Positions 44,436-56,863 of a DNA stretch of 64,000 bases are shown here, one piece after another (the first letter of the stretch is position 1; every line of letters starts with the position of its first letter). Below the pieces are notes generated by a model, which saw only the letters and a list, made by a program, of their open reading frames with translations, did no database searches and was not told where the DNA came from. Source of the DNA: Octopus vulgaris (taxonomy: Eukaryota); NCBI GenBank assembly GCA_951406725.2, contig OX597820.1, forward strand, positions 110,484,001-110,548,000. The letters are read 5' to 3'. Made by a program: the position numbers and the translations under genes.

Positions 44436-45115
44436 ACAGCAATGCTTGATCTGTAGAAAAAGCGTAGGTAGTAGCTCCATAAGATGCACCCAATGTAAGC
44501 TTTGAACACATTAAAGGTACAGCAATATCAGAGGAAAGCTAAGAAGGAAAATACCTTTTATATGTGGAAGATGCACAGGTACAAAAAACACTGAAATTGG
44601 GTAGAAAATAGACTCCATCAACTGCCAGGCAGGGAAGCTAGTGGCAGTAAATAGTTTCTGTTATCTAGGTGACCAAGTTAGTAGCAGAGTTGAATGCTCC
44701 AAGTGTGTACTCGTGAAAATTATATTAGGCTGGACAAAGTTTAGAGAGATCCTACCTCTACTCTCAGAGTGAAAGTCAAATTGTATGATGCTTGTTTGCA
44801 TACAGCTATGCTACATGGCAGTGAAACATGGGCTGTGATAGCTGAGGACATGTGTAGGCTTGAAAGAAATGAAGCCAGTATGCTTTGCTGGATGTGCAAT
44901 GTAAGTGTGCATGTTTGACAGAGTGTAAGCATCTTGAGAGAAAAATTACACACAAGGGGCATCAGATGTGATGTGCAAGAGAGACAACTGCACTGGTATG
45001 GTCATGTGATGCATATGGACAAGGACAGTTGTGTAAAGAAGTGCCAATCACTAACTGTGGAGAGAACCTGTGGTAGAGATAGACCCAGGAAGACATGGGA
45101 TGAGGTGGTGAAGAA
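44436..45115 (+). mobile_element. RTE LINE fragment with PHD-like finger before RT motif 7
   Basis: CLIC..CTQC...H..(Y)..CGRC, then VNSFCYLG, MLHGSETW, LHWYGHV, RPRKTW. Confidence 0.85.
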
Positions 45116-45176
45116 TGTGTGTGTGTGTATGTATGGAATCTAATGCGATTGGCTTAGATTTCCCTTGGCGGGCTGC

Positions 45177-45252
45177 CCAGATTGGAGCAATCTCAAGATT
45201 AATCAGCCGAAATTGCGAAGATGATCTGGTTCTTGACTGATGACTGAGAGCT
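45177..45252 (+). ncRNA. Non-circularly permuted hammerhead candidate, family A copy 2
   Basis: GCAA-TC-TCAAGA (45187-98), GAAA-TTGC (45209-16), TCTTGA-CTGATGA (45231-43); within a repeat 45135-45325 homologous to 42671-42860. Confidence 0.7.
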
Positions 45253-45332
45253 TTGAAAGTCCCGTCTGTGTGTTTTTTTGTCGTCTTCAAAATGTTTCAC
45301 GTTCTTGTCCCAGTTTGTGTTTTTTTAACGTT

Positions 45333-45500
45333 TGGGCATGGCTGTGTGGTTAGGGAGCTTCCTTCCTAGCTACATGGTTTCGGGTTCAGTCCCACTGCGT
45401 GGCACTTTGGGTAGGTGTCTTTCACTATAGCCCCGAGCTGACCGGAGCTTTGTGATTGAATTCGGTAGGTGGAAGTTACTGCCGTGTGTGTATATGTGCG
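45333..45500 (+). mobile_element. SINE 5' half
   Basis: tggctgtgtggt A box, gggttcagtcccactgcgtggca B box. Confidence 0.75.
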
Positions 45501-45890
45501 TGTAGGTGCTTGTGCCTCTCCGAAAGAGAGAGAGAGGGATATATAATATGAATAATATATATATATATATATATTGTTGTATTTAGGAACGGTCATTTTG
45601 CCAGTTTAGCCAATAAAAACACACGCACTATATATTTGGTGTTACTTTGCTTCAGCGTTATTTGCTTTTTACATTAATCTTAATCTTATTTTGGCCAGAG
45701 TTTTATTGGATAAACTGGCAAAATGACCATTCCTAAATACAACAATATCTGTTTCAACACACGATTTCACATAAAAAATCTTGCACATGAGAACCTCAAT
45801 AGCATACATATATATCTTATAATTCAATACATATAAGATAAGAATACAAGTTATAAAAATCAATACAAATTATTGAAATCATTAAAATCA

Positions 45891-46036
45891 CTCCTTACAG
45901 CTGTTTCAGCCTATGGCTAAAAGTATTTATTTTTATTTTTATTGCCTATAGTTGTCAACATAATGATGTTGTAGGCATTTAAAAATATGGTACTTATATA
46001 TATAACCATAGGCCTCGTCAGAGGTTATAAGGAACT
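45891..46036 (-). ncRNA. Type I hammerhead ribozyme motif with long stem II insert
   Basis: cct-CTGACGA-Ggcctatgg...ccataggcT-GAAA-CAGCTG-TA-agg; intact core, palindromic stem III. Partial second copy at ~46776-46794. Confidence 0.78.
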
Positions 46037-46453
46037 TTAAAAATATTAATATTAATACATTAAACATGATACATGTATTATTTAATATAAATAAATATAT
46101 ACATATAAAATATGAACAAATATCCATATAGACATATACATTTATACACATATACATACATAAGCAAAGTGTATGGACTTTTACGAGTGTAAAATACATA
46201 AATAAACACAATTAAACAATAGGTCCAAGTAGATATACCACACATCATATACATATATATACATATATTGGAACATATAAACATGTCTATGCTTAAGACC
46301 AGATAAATAATAATCAAATATTAACAATAATATTATTATCATTATTACGTATTAAGAATCTGGGTACTTTACCAACAGTATATTGGATAAATACTATCCC
46401 ATAGTGGGTTACACCCATAACCCATATCTTACTTTGTATATATATATAATATA

Positions 46454-46504
<51 letters not shown>

Positions 46505-47253
46505 TATATATATACATACATATATGTGCATACATATATATGTGTATATATATATATATACATACAAAATAAGAAAATGGAGAAATACATCTAAATCAAT
46601 TATCAACTACCAGATAATACCCAATCACATACTTTATTAAACCACTACATATGAACATTAAGGTCAAACATAATAACATAGAACAAAACAGTGTACATGA
46701 AGGAGTAATATGATACAATAAGTACAATATGTATAAGAGAATATAAATAAATATAAATATAAATATAAACTACATCTTACAGCTGTTTCGGCCATGCAGA
46801 TATGGGTGTCTCATTTTACTTATATTAGCCATGTGCGATAGGTCAAAAGTATGTGATTGGGTACTATCTGGTAGTTGATAATTGACTTAGATGTATTTCT
46901 CCATTTTCTTATTTTGTATTATTAATTTGTGGTAAAACATTTTACCTTTGCCCATATAATACAGTAAATGAATTAATTGCATCGCAATTCTTAACATTTG
47001 TTGGGTACTTAACTTTGTTGGGTACTTCACTAGCAGTATATTGGATATATGTTATCCCATGGAGGGTTGCATTTACAACCCCTATCTCAATTTGTATATA
47101 CATACATATATATATATATGCATATATGGATACAGGTTGTCACAAAGTGTAAACAACATGAAATACAAAAATAACATGAAATACGAAGACAAACTTGGGT
47201 ATGCAAACAATGGGAGAAACAAATGGAAAACAAAGCAAGTAACATAAAGAACG

Positions 47254-47332
47254 ACCCTTCATCAGTTGTCAGCTGTCCATCAACTCCCCATTTCAAGCAA
47301 TTAATGACAATGTGAGGCTTTAAAAGGCAGTT
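47254..47332 (-). ncRNA. Non-circularly permuted hammerhead candidate, family B (cleavage-site U replaced by C)
   Basis: CCTCA-CA-TTGTC ... GCTT-GAAA-TGGGG ... GACAA-CTGATGA-A-GGGT. Confidence 0.55.
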
Positions 47333-47630
47333 GCTTCCGCGAGCCAAAATAAAATTTGGGATTTTGTGGAGAGTCAAAGTTGGTAATAAAAACAGGACTG
47401 TGGAGGCAGTAAATTTATAAACCAAATGAAAACAAACATGGAGGGCTATTAGGCCAGATGAGGTAAAGTAGCAAACACTGGAGGAATATTGTCTTTGACA
47501 AGAGAAAAGATAGAAGAGAAGGCAGATAAGAATGCGTCTGGTCTGTGAGACAGACTGAAAGATGATCATGTGAGGAACAGAAAGATGGACGATGATCATG
47601 TGTGAGCAAGAAAGAAAGTAAAGGAGATAG

Positions 47631-47684
<54 letters not shown>

Positions 47685-47964
47685 CGGTGAAGGGGAGAAA
47701 AAAGAATTAGAGAAAGGATGAGAGAGAAAAAAACAAAAGGGGAGAAGAGGAGGAAAAAGAATTAGAGAAAGGAATAGAGAGAAAATGAAAGGGGGAGAGA
47801 GAGAACAGTACAAGGTAGAGTCACATCAAAATTATTAAGATTAAATTTTCTTGGAAATAGATGGATGGCATTCAATCATATAATAATATATATAATATAT
47901 ATATAATATATATAATAATATATATATATATATAATATATATATAATAATAATATATATATATA

Positions 47965-48140
47965 TCATCATCATCATTGTTTAATGTCCGTTTTCCTTGC
48001 TAGCATGGGTTGGACGGTTCAAGCAGGGTCTGGAAAGCCAGGAGGCTGCACCAGGCTCCAGTCTGATCTAGCAGTGTTTCTACAGATGGATGCCCTTCCT
48101 AACGCCAACCACTCCATGAGTGTAGTGGGTGCTTTTTGCG
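47965..48140 (-). mobile_element. RTE-tailed SINE-like repeat, 3' part
   Basis: (CAT)n tail; minus-strand ggttggcgttaggaagggcatcc motif; homologous to 26346-26520. Confidence 0.7.
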
Positions 48141-48402
48141 TAAAAGGTCAATTTTCTAATAACTGTTTTTCTAAAAATAGAATGACTAAGTTTTTGAGTC
48201 AGTGGGAAAAAAAATCAAAACAAAAACAAAAACTGATCTAGCAGTGTTTCTACAGATGGATGCCCTTCCTAACGCCAACCACTCCATGAGTGTAGTGGGT
48301 GCTTTTTGCGTAAAAGGTCAATTTTCTAATAACTGTTTTTTTTAAAATAGAATGACTAAGTTTTTGAGTCAGTGGGAAAAAAAATCAAAACAAAAACAAA
48401 AA
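48063..48402. repeat. 170-bp tandem duplication
   Basis: 48063-48232 and 48233-48402 are nearly identical. Confidence 0.92.
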
Positions 48403-48872
48403 CAAAAAAGCATTTTTGTCTGTGGATTCAGACAATTCCTAGATTTTGTCTTAATTGACAAAAGTGTGAACAAAATCCTCATTTGGAGAAGTATGTTGTT
48501 GCAAATACAGTGGAAACAAAATTGTTGGTCATCATGTCTTAAGGATTAAATCTATATATTTAGAGTAATAAAGTTCTTGGTGAGCTTAGCGGAATAAAGT
48601 TATTTTTAAGACTTAAGTTTCATCCTGAAAAGTAAATTCAAATAATGTATGTATTTTTTTTCTTTGTTCCACCCTCTGAAGTTCCACTTTGCAATCACAG
48701 GATATGTGAGAAACCCTCATTTACAGGTGAGGGAGCATGCTCCAGAGCAGTGATCCCCAAACTTATAATATTTGCTCCCTCTTCACTCGTTGTATCAAAT
48801 GTTTTATAACCTTTTGTATCATATGTTTCAGATTATATAGCCCAGTAAAAAATATCATCATCATTATTATTA

Positions 48873-49070
48873 AGGCAGCGAATTGACAATATTAGCACAC
48901 TAAACACACAGTTTAGTGGCTTTAAGTTTTGAGTTCAATTTCACTGGAGTTGATGTTCATCCTTTTGTAGGGGTCAATAAAATAACTACCAGTAAAGTAC
49001 TGGAGTCAATGTAATTGACTTGCCTCTTCCCTTCAAAACTGCTGGCCTTGTGCCAAAATTAGAATGAATT
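48873..49070 (+). mobile_element. Decayed SINE with Nin/Deu-like central domain
   Basis: ttcatcctttt..ggggtcaataaaataa.taccag; homologous to 61600-61806. Confidence 0.65.
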
Positions 49071-49583
49071 ATTATTATATAATCACAATTAACAGTCAAG
49101 TTGTATAGTTGCTTAATCTGATCTACACATAAGTGCAGATTATCATCCTTGAACTGAGCTTATGTTGGGATAATGTAAGCTTTCAAGTATATTCTTTTAC
49201 TCTCTCTCTCTCTCTCTCTCTCTTTGTGCAACTTCACACACATCTACACAATTAACAAATACAATATTTCTGTATACTTACACATGCATACCATACAGTG
49301 ATAAAGTGTATATGCATGAACATATACTCATATACTAAAGATAAGTAGAAATAAAACTTGTATTATTGACTCAAGTACTTTGTGTTCAGTTCCAGGTCTT
49401 TCAATGTGTAATTCATGCAAGATATGTAAATCTGTTTGATAAGTCAAATCCACTGCAAGCACTTCTTATTGAATTCAGTAAAGAGAAAATAAGATTAACC
49501 AGTCATAATGAGCAAAAGGTGGGAAAAAATGAAAGCCACTTAACATTCTAATATGAAAGAAAAAAAATTTATTTTATTCAATA

Positions 49584-50358
49584 CTAGCAGCATAGCCCGG
49601 CGTTGCCCGGGTATGTAAGAAACTGTGTCGATAAGCAATGCCCTTTACCTTTTTACCCTTTTTTGTACTCATAGAACTGTTATTTTGTAAAATGAAGCCT
49701 AAAAGGCATTAAGGCATTCAAGGCACTGTTCCCTTGCATGCATGAAGAAGTAGGGAACATCTATGTGAACTTTCAAAAAATATCGCAGAAAAATCGGTTT
49801 GCTATGTGTGCCACATATGATGTAATTAACCGATTTTTTCCAGTAATAACGTATCCTATTGGAATCAAAAGGGCCATATAGCTCCTTGGGGCAGACATGA
49901 TGCTCGCTGTGAATTTCAAAAAAAATTCCTGCCAATTTGTTAAAGATATTGTCGAAAATATGTCATCTTGAATTTGAATGCGATTTCCCAAAATGGACTG
50001 ATTTTATCGATTTTTTTCTGATGGTAAGGTATTGCATGGAAAACTAACGTCAGAATTAAGTTCCTTAGCTTCACCATGAGTTTGGTGAAAATCGATTGCA
50101 AGTTGTGAAAACTACAACGGAAAATGTGTTGCATATGATAAGCTTAGATTCTCGATCCCATATCGAGTTTATCGATTTTTTTCAGAACTGGGGGAACTTT
50201 TCAAAATTTTCGCTGCATTAGTTTTGAATTATGACATTGGGCTATGTGTGTGTCAAGTTTCATCAGAATTGGTTGAAAGCCATGGTCAGAGTAAGGGTAC
50301 AACCTGACAGACACACAGACACACAGGCAGACAAACTACCTTTTATATATAGAGAAGA
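49584..50358 (-). mobile_element. Complete non-autonomous Helitron
   Basis: Minus strand A|TC...cccgggcaacgccggg hairpin...CTAG|T; no TSD. Confidence 0.88.
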
Positions 50359-50871
50359 TATCAATTTCCACAAAGCTACTCAATTTTTCACGTGATGAGC
50401 CAATGATGTGAAGGCTTTATGTAGTCACTCAGCCTGCAAGAAAGATCCTTGAAAGACTGTCTTAAACTATACATACAATTATTTATAAAATGGGAAAATA
50501 AAGAATAATAGTAGATAGGTGTAATCTTGGATAAATTATATCCAAAAATTAAAAATAGATGAGAGAGACATGGCTGGAATGGCCTGTGATTATACAGGAA
50601 CAACAATCATGAATTGAAGTGGCTTTCATGCTTTTCCTAGAAATGTATACATATGTGATAATAAAATTGTAAATATACTGTTAAATCAACTTTTGGTGCT
50701 GAAATTTATTATATTGGTTTTTATCATTGTAGCCATACCCTGATACTTCCTTCAAAGATTTTACAAACCACCCTTTAACTCACAGTGCTTCATTCTATGT
50801 TCATTTATCAATCTCTAGTGGCTGGCTAATGTCACGAGAGTTATTCCTCTTTAGGGATTTATTTACCTTAA

Positions 50872-53800
50872 CCCTCCACCATTCAGATTACTCTGTCAAC
50901 TGCAATGCTTTTTATTCACATTGCTTTGAATCAACCATGCATCATCTCATAGCTTTGAGATTCTGATGATGTGATTGTTTATTCTTAGAAAGACATTATA
51001 GGCTAGGTGTGAGAGGGTAGATCTGACCAGTTTGAACATATAATGGAATGGAAGGTTTATGATACCTGTGGAGTATCTCCTTCTTCCATTATAATTATTT
51101 TTGTAGTTTCAAGGATCTGGAACACAAAGAAGAAGTTCACAAGTGGAGTACAGTTCAATAGCCGTTTATTCACAGAGTTCTCGTTTGTGTGGTTTGTTCT
51201 CACTGACCATCTTTATAGCAGCGTGTGATTTGTTTTAACTCCGTACACGTGAGGTTCATTATCTCTGGAGATAAGCATGTGGAGTCAGAGTGAGACAAGA
51301 GTCTGCTGTGAGCTGTTGGCTTTGCAGTGTTTCTCAGTGTTGAGCATGAGAGGAGTGAGAGAGTGAATGTCGGGGTTTCTTGCTTAAATACTGGTTGTCG
51401 GTGAGAATCTTGTTGTTGTCTCACACATGGCAAATGGTTGCAGGCGAGATCTTGTTCTTGTCTCACACATGGCAATAGCTACTGGCAAGATTTCATTCAA
51501 AATGGCGCTGGCTTCTTGTGTCTTGCTACAGGGTCTGCCCCCTGAGAATGTTAGTGTGTAAATAGAAAATAACTGGAGCAGGCACAAGAAAAGAGCAAAG
51601 ATGGTAACCAATCACAAACAACAAGATATGGTACAAAATGTGACAAGTCAAAAGAAAATAATTACAAGAAATATAAATGGGCATGCACAAAATTTTGACA
51701 AAATGTTCAATGGCAAAGCATTGGAAATGTTCAGCAACACAAGAAAGCAATTGTCTGTCACAGGAAACGCAAAAGAGGTTGTCAGATATAAATAGTTCTG
51801 GTGAGTTTTCTGGGCAATGCACAGTATGGCCTGTACTGGTTACATAAGGTTTGTTTGGTGTGGTCAAAGGTGCATGTGCAGGTGGATATGTAGGTGGTTG
51901 TAAAGAATCAAAAGTGGGCGTGGCTGGAGTGTCATCGAAGGGTGTGAAAACCTCAAAATGTGCCTTTTTAAGACTGTCGACTGACACGGTCTCTGCCCGA
52001 CCATTGATGTCGAGACTAAAAGTTTTGGGTGTGCACGATAGCATACAAAATGATCCTTTATAGGGAGAAATGAGCGATCCTCTGACAGAATCATCCTGAA
52101 CAAAAACATGAGTCCATTTGTCAATGTCTGGTGGGACATGAGAAGGAATAGATTGGTCACACAGATGTATGGATGGAAGACTCAAGAAATATGAGCAAAG
52201 TCTAGTGACATACGATGTTGGACCAGGATGTGATGAATTGTCTGGCACTAACATTGTACCAGGAAGTACCAGGGTGGTACCGTAAAGGAATTCGGTGGAG
52301 AAGAAACTGAAGTCTGTCTTAACAGTAGTGTGGCAACCAAGAACGATAGGCAGGAATTCTGTCCAAGACTGCAGATCAGGAGTGGCATGTAGAGTGGCCT
52401 TCTGTTGCCTGTAAAAACGTTCGACCATCCCATTGGAGGCTGGGTGGTAGCTGATCATACAAATGTGATGAACGCCTAGGATTCGTGATAATTCACGAAA
52501 TAAGGAAGTTTCGAACTGGTGCCCATGATCAGTGGTTATTTTAGCTGGGACACCAAAATGATTAATCCAGTTAGAAATGAAAGCTCGAGCAACTGACTCG
52601 GTGGAAATGTCCACTATTGGAATGGCCTCTGGCCAATGAGAGAAACAATCGACGCATGTCAATATGTAAGAGAAACCATGACTGACAGGCCATGGTCCAA
52701 CCAGATCAATGTGGACATGGCAAAGGCGAGTCTCTGGCAGAGAAAACTGTCCAAGAGGAGTGTGAATGTGCCTGTGGATTTTAGAATGCTGGCATTTCAC
52801 ACAAAAGCGTGCTCAAGCGGTGATCATCAAGTGCATATTAGGCCAGAAAAACCGAGCCGTAATTAAGCTTCACTGAGGCAGCAATGCCAGAATGTGACAT
52901 GAATGCAAGGCATCAAAAATGGAACACTGGTGGTACAAACGGTCTTGGAGAACCAGTAGCTGTGTCACAAAGGATTGTGCCTTCAGCAGATGGAAGTGGA
53001 AGATAGGCAAACTTGCAACAGGACAACTTGGTACAAGTTAGATCCAATGTGTCCATAGCTGGCTGATCCTGTGCAATGGCAGTTAAATTGATTGCAGCAG
53101 GAGATGAAAGAGAACACACAGGGAGATAAGAGAGTATGTCAGCAGGTACGTTCTCTGTTCCAAGTATATGCTGAATGTTACTCGTGAACTGGGAATAGTA
53201 GTCCAGGAGATGAAAAACATGAGGTGAGTGTTTGTCCGATTTACATGACAGAGCAAACATAAGAGGTTTGTGATAAGTATAAATCACAAAATCTCAGCCC
53301 TCAAGTTGATGTTGAAAATGACGAACCGACAGGTAGATTGTTTAGAGTTCATGATCAAACATAGTGTAACGACATTCAGCTGGCTTTAATTGATGAGAAA
53401 AAACATGCCAAAGGTCAAGCGTGGTTATCGATGGTATGTTGTAAAGCAACACCAACAGCAGAATCCCATGCATCAACTGTTAAAGAGAGACAAACATCAG
53501 GAACCGGATGTGCAAGCAAAGGAAAAGAAGCTATTTTTCTTCTTGGTTAGCTCAAAAGAAGATAATGCCTTGGCTGATAGAGTGATAGGAGAATTTTTTG
53601 ATTTATTTGCATTCAGTAGTTGAGTCAGGGGAGGTAACTTGTTTGCACATTTAAGTATGAATCTCCTGTAGAAGTTGACAATTCCCAAGAAGTGAGGCAG
53701 TTGACGTAAAGAAGTTGGAGGTGAGATGCATTGAATTGCATCGACTTTTGAGGAGAGAGGTCGGATACCATTAGAGTCAATATAATGAAGTAGGAATTCC

Positions 53801-56800
53801 AGAGAAAACACACTAATTGGGATTGATTTGCCCATTGTAGGTGTGAAGACACTGAAAAAGTTGAGATAAGTGTTAGAGGTGATATTTACGTGTGTCGCTA
53901 GCTATGAGCAAATCATCGACTAAGTGAAAAGTCCATGGACAACTTCGTCAATAAACCTCTGGAATGTGCTCATTGCATTCTGCAAACCGAAGCTCATAAA
54001 CAAGAACTCAAAACTTCCAAAAGGAGTGGTAACAGCAGTTTTGGGAATGTCATCAGGGTTCACTGGAATTTGATGATAAGCCCAGATGAGGTCAACCTTG
54101 GAAAAAATAGTACAACCACGCAAGTTTGAAGAAAAATCCTGGAGACTCCTTATCGAATAGCGATTGGGAACAGTGACTGCATTCAAATGTCTGTAATCCC
54201 CTACTGAATCGCCTTTTCATGCCAAATGTAGAGGAGATGCCCAAGGGCTGCTGGAGGGGCAAATAAGGCCAATTTGAAGCATATGCTCAAATTCAGATTG
54301 AGTCTTTTTGAGCCAATCAGGGGTGAGTTGCTGTGGATGTGAAAAGATGGGTGGTCCAGAAGTAGTAATATAATGGTGAGTCAAGTGTGTGACTTTGACT
54401 GATTTGAAAGTTGGATCTACCAGCTCTGGGAAAGGAGCCAAAAGGGAGTGAAACTGGTCACCAGCAGTGGCAACAAAAAACGACGGGCTGAAAACAGCAT
54501 TTGTAGTAACCGGAGCAGGCATAAACAAAGATGTAGAATCATCCACGAGTCTCTGTTGCCTGACATCTACTAACAAGTGACAGTGGTTTAAGAAGCCTGC
54601 CCCCAAAATGGGGTATGGTAGATCTGCTATAACAAAAACCAACCTAAAATCCTTTCAAAGGTTGAGATCTAGGTTTAATGAGACCTGACTAAGTTTTTAT
54701 CAGGGATAGATTTACCGTGTGCAGGTTAATGGCAGATTGCTTCGGCCTGTCTGAAATAAGACACAAAGGCCAAATAGAACAGCTAGATCCAGTGTCAACC
54801 ATGAATGATTCATTAGACACACAATCCTTAACAAAGAATGCATGATGAGATGAAAAATTTCAGGAAGAATTTGTCGTGCCCAAATCTTCCACAACTAGTT
54901 TCCTGACAGTTTGAACAAACAGGGCTGGATGCATCAATGGGCTTTGCCCTTAAATGTGGCATGGTACCAGCAGAGATTGGAAACTGTTGGAGTAGAACTA
55001 GACGACTGTGACTTAGAATGGCTTCTGCTGCGAGGACGATGAGAGCTGGCATATTGTTGCCACAGTGTGTCCATGCAATGTGTTAATGTATTGACTCTCT
55101 CCAAAATGTCGTCACGTGACAAGTTAGGAGACTTTGCAGTATTAGGGGAAGCTACTATAGGGTCCGAAGAAGTATGGTGAGGTGCAGGCTGCACAGTAAA
55201 CTCTATGATCTTGTACTTCATGGTGGCTATCTGATCAAGCGAATTGGAGTTGGCCATTGTGGTCAGTATCGATTGGACATTCGGTGGAAGATGAGAGAAT
55301 AACAATTTCCTCAGCAGAGGATTGTCCTCAAATGGAGTGATGCTGAGTTCTTGCAGATGACGAAGAAACTCAGATGGTGTCCTATCCCCCCACGTGTTCA
55401 TCCTGCATCAGTGTCCAGAATTTACTCTCTTTTACTCTCTGTGGATTGCGTGTTCCGATGGAGAACCTAGGATTTAACAGCTGCGTAATTCACATCCAGA
55501 TGTGGGTCAGTGATGAGATCTTTCACTGAGTGTGCAATAGGTGAAGGCATCCCACAGAAAAAGGTTTAGCTGCTGCTGGTGAGGCACAGCATGGGTGGAA
55601 AAATACGCATCCAATTGAGCAAACCAAAGTGCGATGTCACCAGGACATGCGAGTAAGCTGGGAAAACTACTTTTGTACAGAGGAAAGAAAAGAAAAGAAC
55701 CAAAGAACCGACAAAAGTGTTGTTGGAATAGTAACATGTATGCAAAAAAAAAATTACATAACAAAATTTTTGATTTTATTATTTTTTTTGTGTACTGTGA
55801 GCAGCAATGAAAATTTTTTTTTGTTTAGTCACCAAACTTGTGTTACAGTCCGCTGAAAAAAACATTATTTTTGTTTTTTTATTTAAGAAGGCATCAGAAA
55901 GTGGCGGGCGAACTGGTCATTTTCTGTCTCAACACATGAGGCATCCAAACATGGTAGTAGACGGGAACAATGACTGGAAGTTGATGGCTAGCTTGCTTGA
56001 AGTGTCCTCCTGTTGTTGTATTTGGTGTATTTACTGGTATCAAGCGTTGACCATCAATATTGCAGGAGAAATTACTCCAAAAGGAGATTATTTGAAAGAA
56101 TACCATGTATTTCCATGTAAGAAGAATGCATTCACTTCTAGTTACAAGTTCAAGGCAAAGAACGTGAATTTTAAAAGTTCACTTGAATGAGAGAAGATAT
56201 CCTGACGTTGGTCCATTGATTTTTTAGTTGAGAATGCGAGCAAAGACTGCCATTCTGCAGTTTGGGTGAGGTGCCTACAACAATAAAGCTTTCAGTTGCT
56301 GAAAATCTTTGGGGGGGGGGGGTCACCATTTTATAATGGAATGGAAGGTTTATGATACCTGTGGAGTATCTCCTTCTTCCATTATAATTATTTTTGTAGT
56401 TTCAAGGATCTGGAACACGAAGAAGTTCACAAGTGGAGTACAGTTCAATAGCCATTTATTCACAGAGTTCTCGTTCGTGTGGTTTGCTCTCACTGACCAT
56501 CTTTATAGCAGCGTGTGATTTGTTTTAACTCCGTACACGTGAGGTTCATTATCTCTGGAGATAAGCATGTGGAGTCAGAGTGAGACAAGAGTCTGCTGTG
56601 AGCTGTTGGCTTTGCAGTGTTTCTCAGTGTTGAGCATGAGAGGAGTGAGAGAGTGAATGTCGGGGTTTCTTGCTTAAATACTGGTTGTCGGTGAGAATCT
56701 TGTTGTTGTCTCACACATGGCAAATGGTTGCAGGCGAGATCTTGTTCTTGTCTCACACATGGCAATAGCTACTGGCAAGATTTCATTCAAAATGGCGCTG

Positions 56801-56863
56801 GCTTCTTGTGCCTCGCTACAAACATAAAACATATAGCATATGGCTATTTTAAATGCTAAAGTG
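50872..56863. mobile_element. TTAA-flanked (piggyBac-type) MITE split by the Gypsy element
   Basis: TTAA-CCCTccacCATT at left and aATGctaaaGtG-TTAA at right; ~200 bp once the LTR element is removed. Confidence 0.6.
51039..56820 (-). mobile_element. Ty3/Gypsy LTR retrotransposon, CsRn1-like, full length but decayed
   Basis: LTRs 51039-51530 and 56332-56820; 4-bp TSD AACA; PBS TGGTGACCCC (tRNA-Trp); gag CWYH..C..PC (CHCC) motif; LVDTGS; KTAVTTPFG; integrase HIDLVGP/TTD.G.QF/YHPASNGMVER. Confidence 0.95.

Noticed and set aside
48063-48402. Tandem repeat as a functional array or CRISPR
   Set aside because: Two copies with no spacers, in eukaryotic context; a simple duplication or assembly slip.
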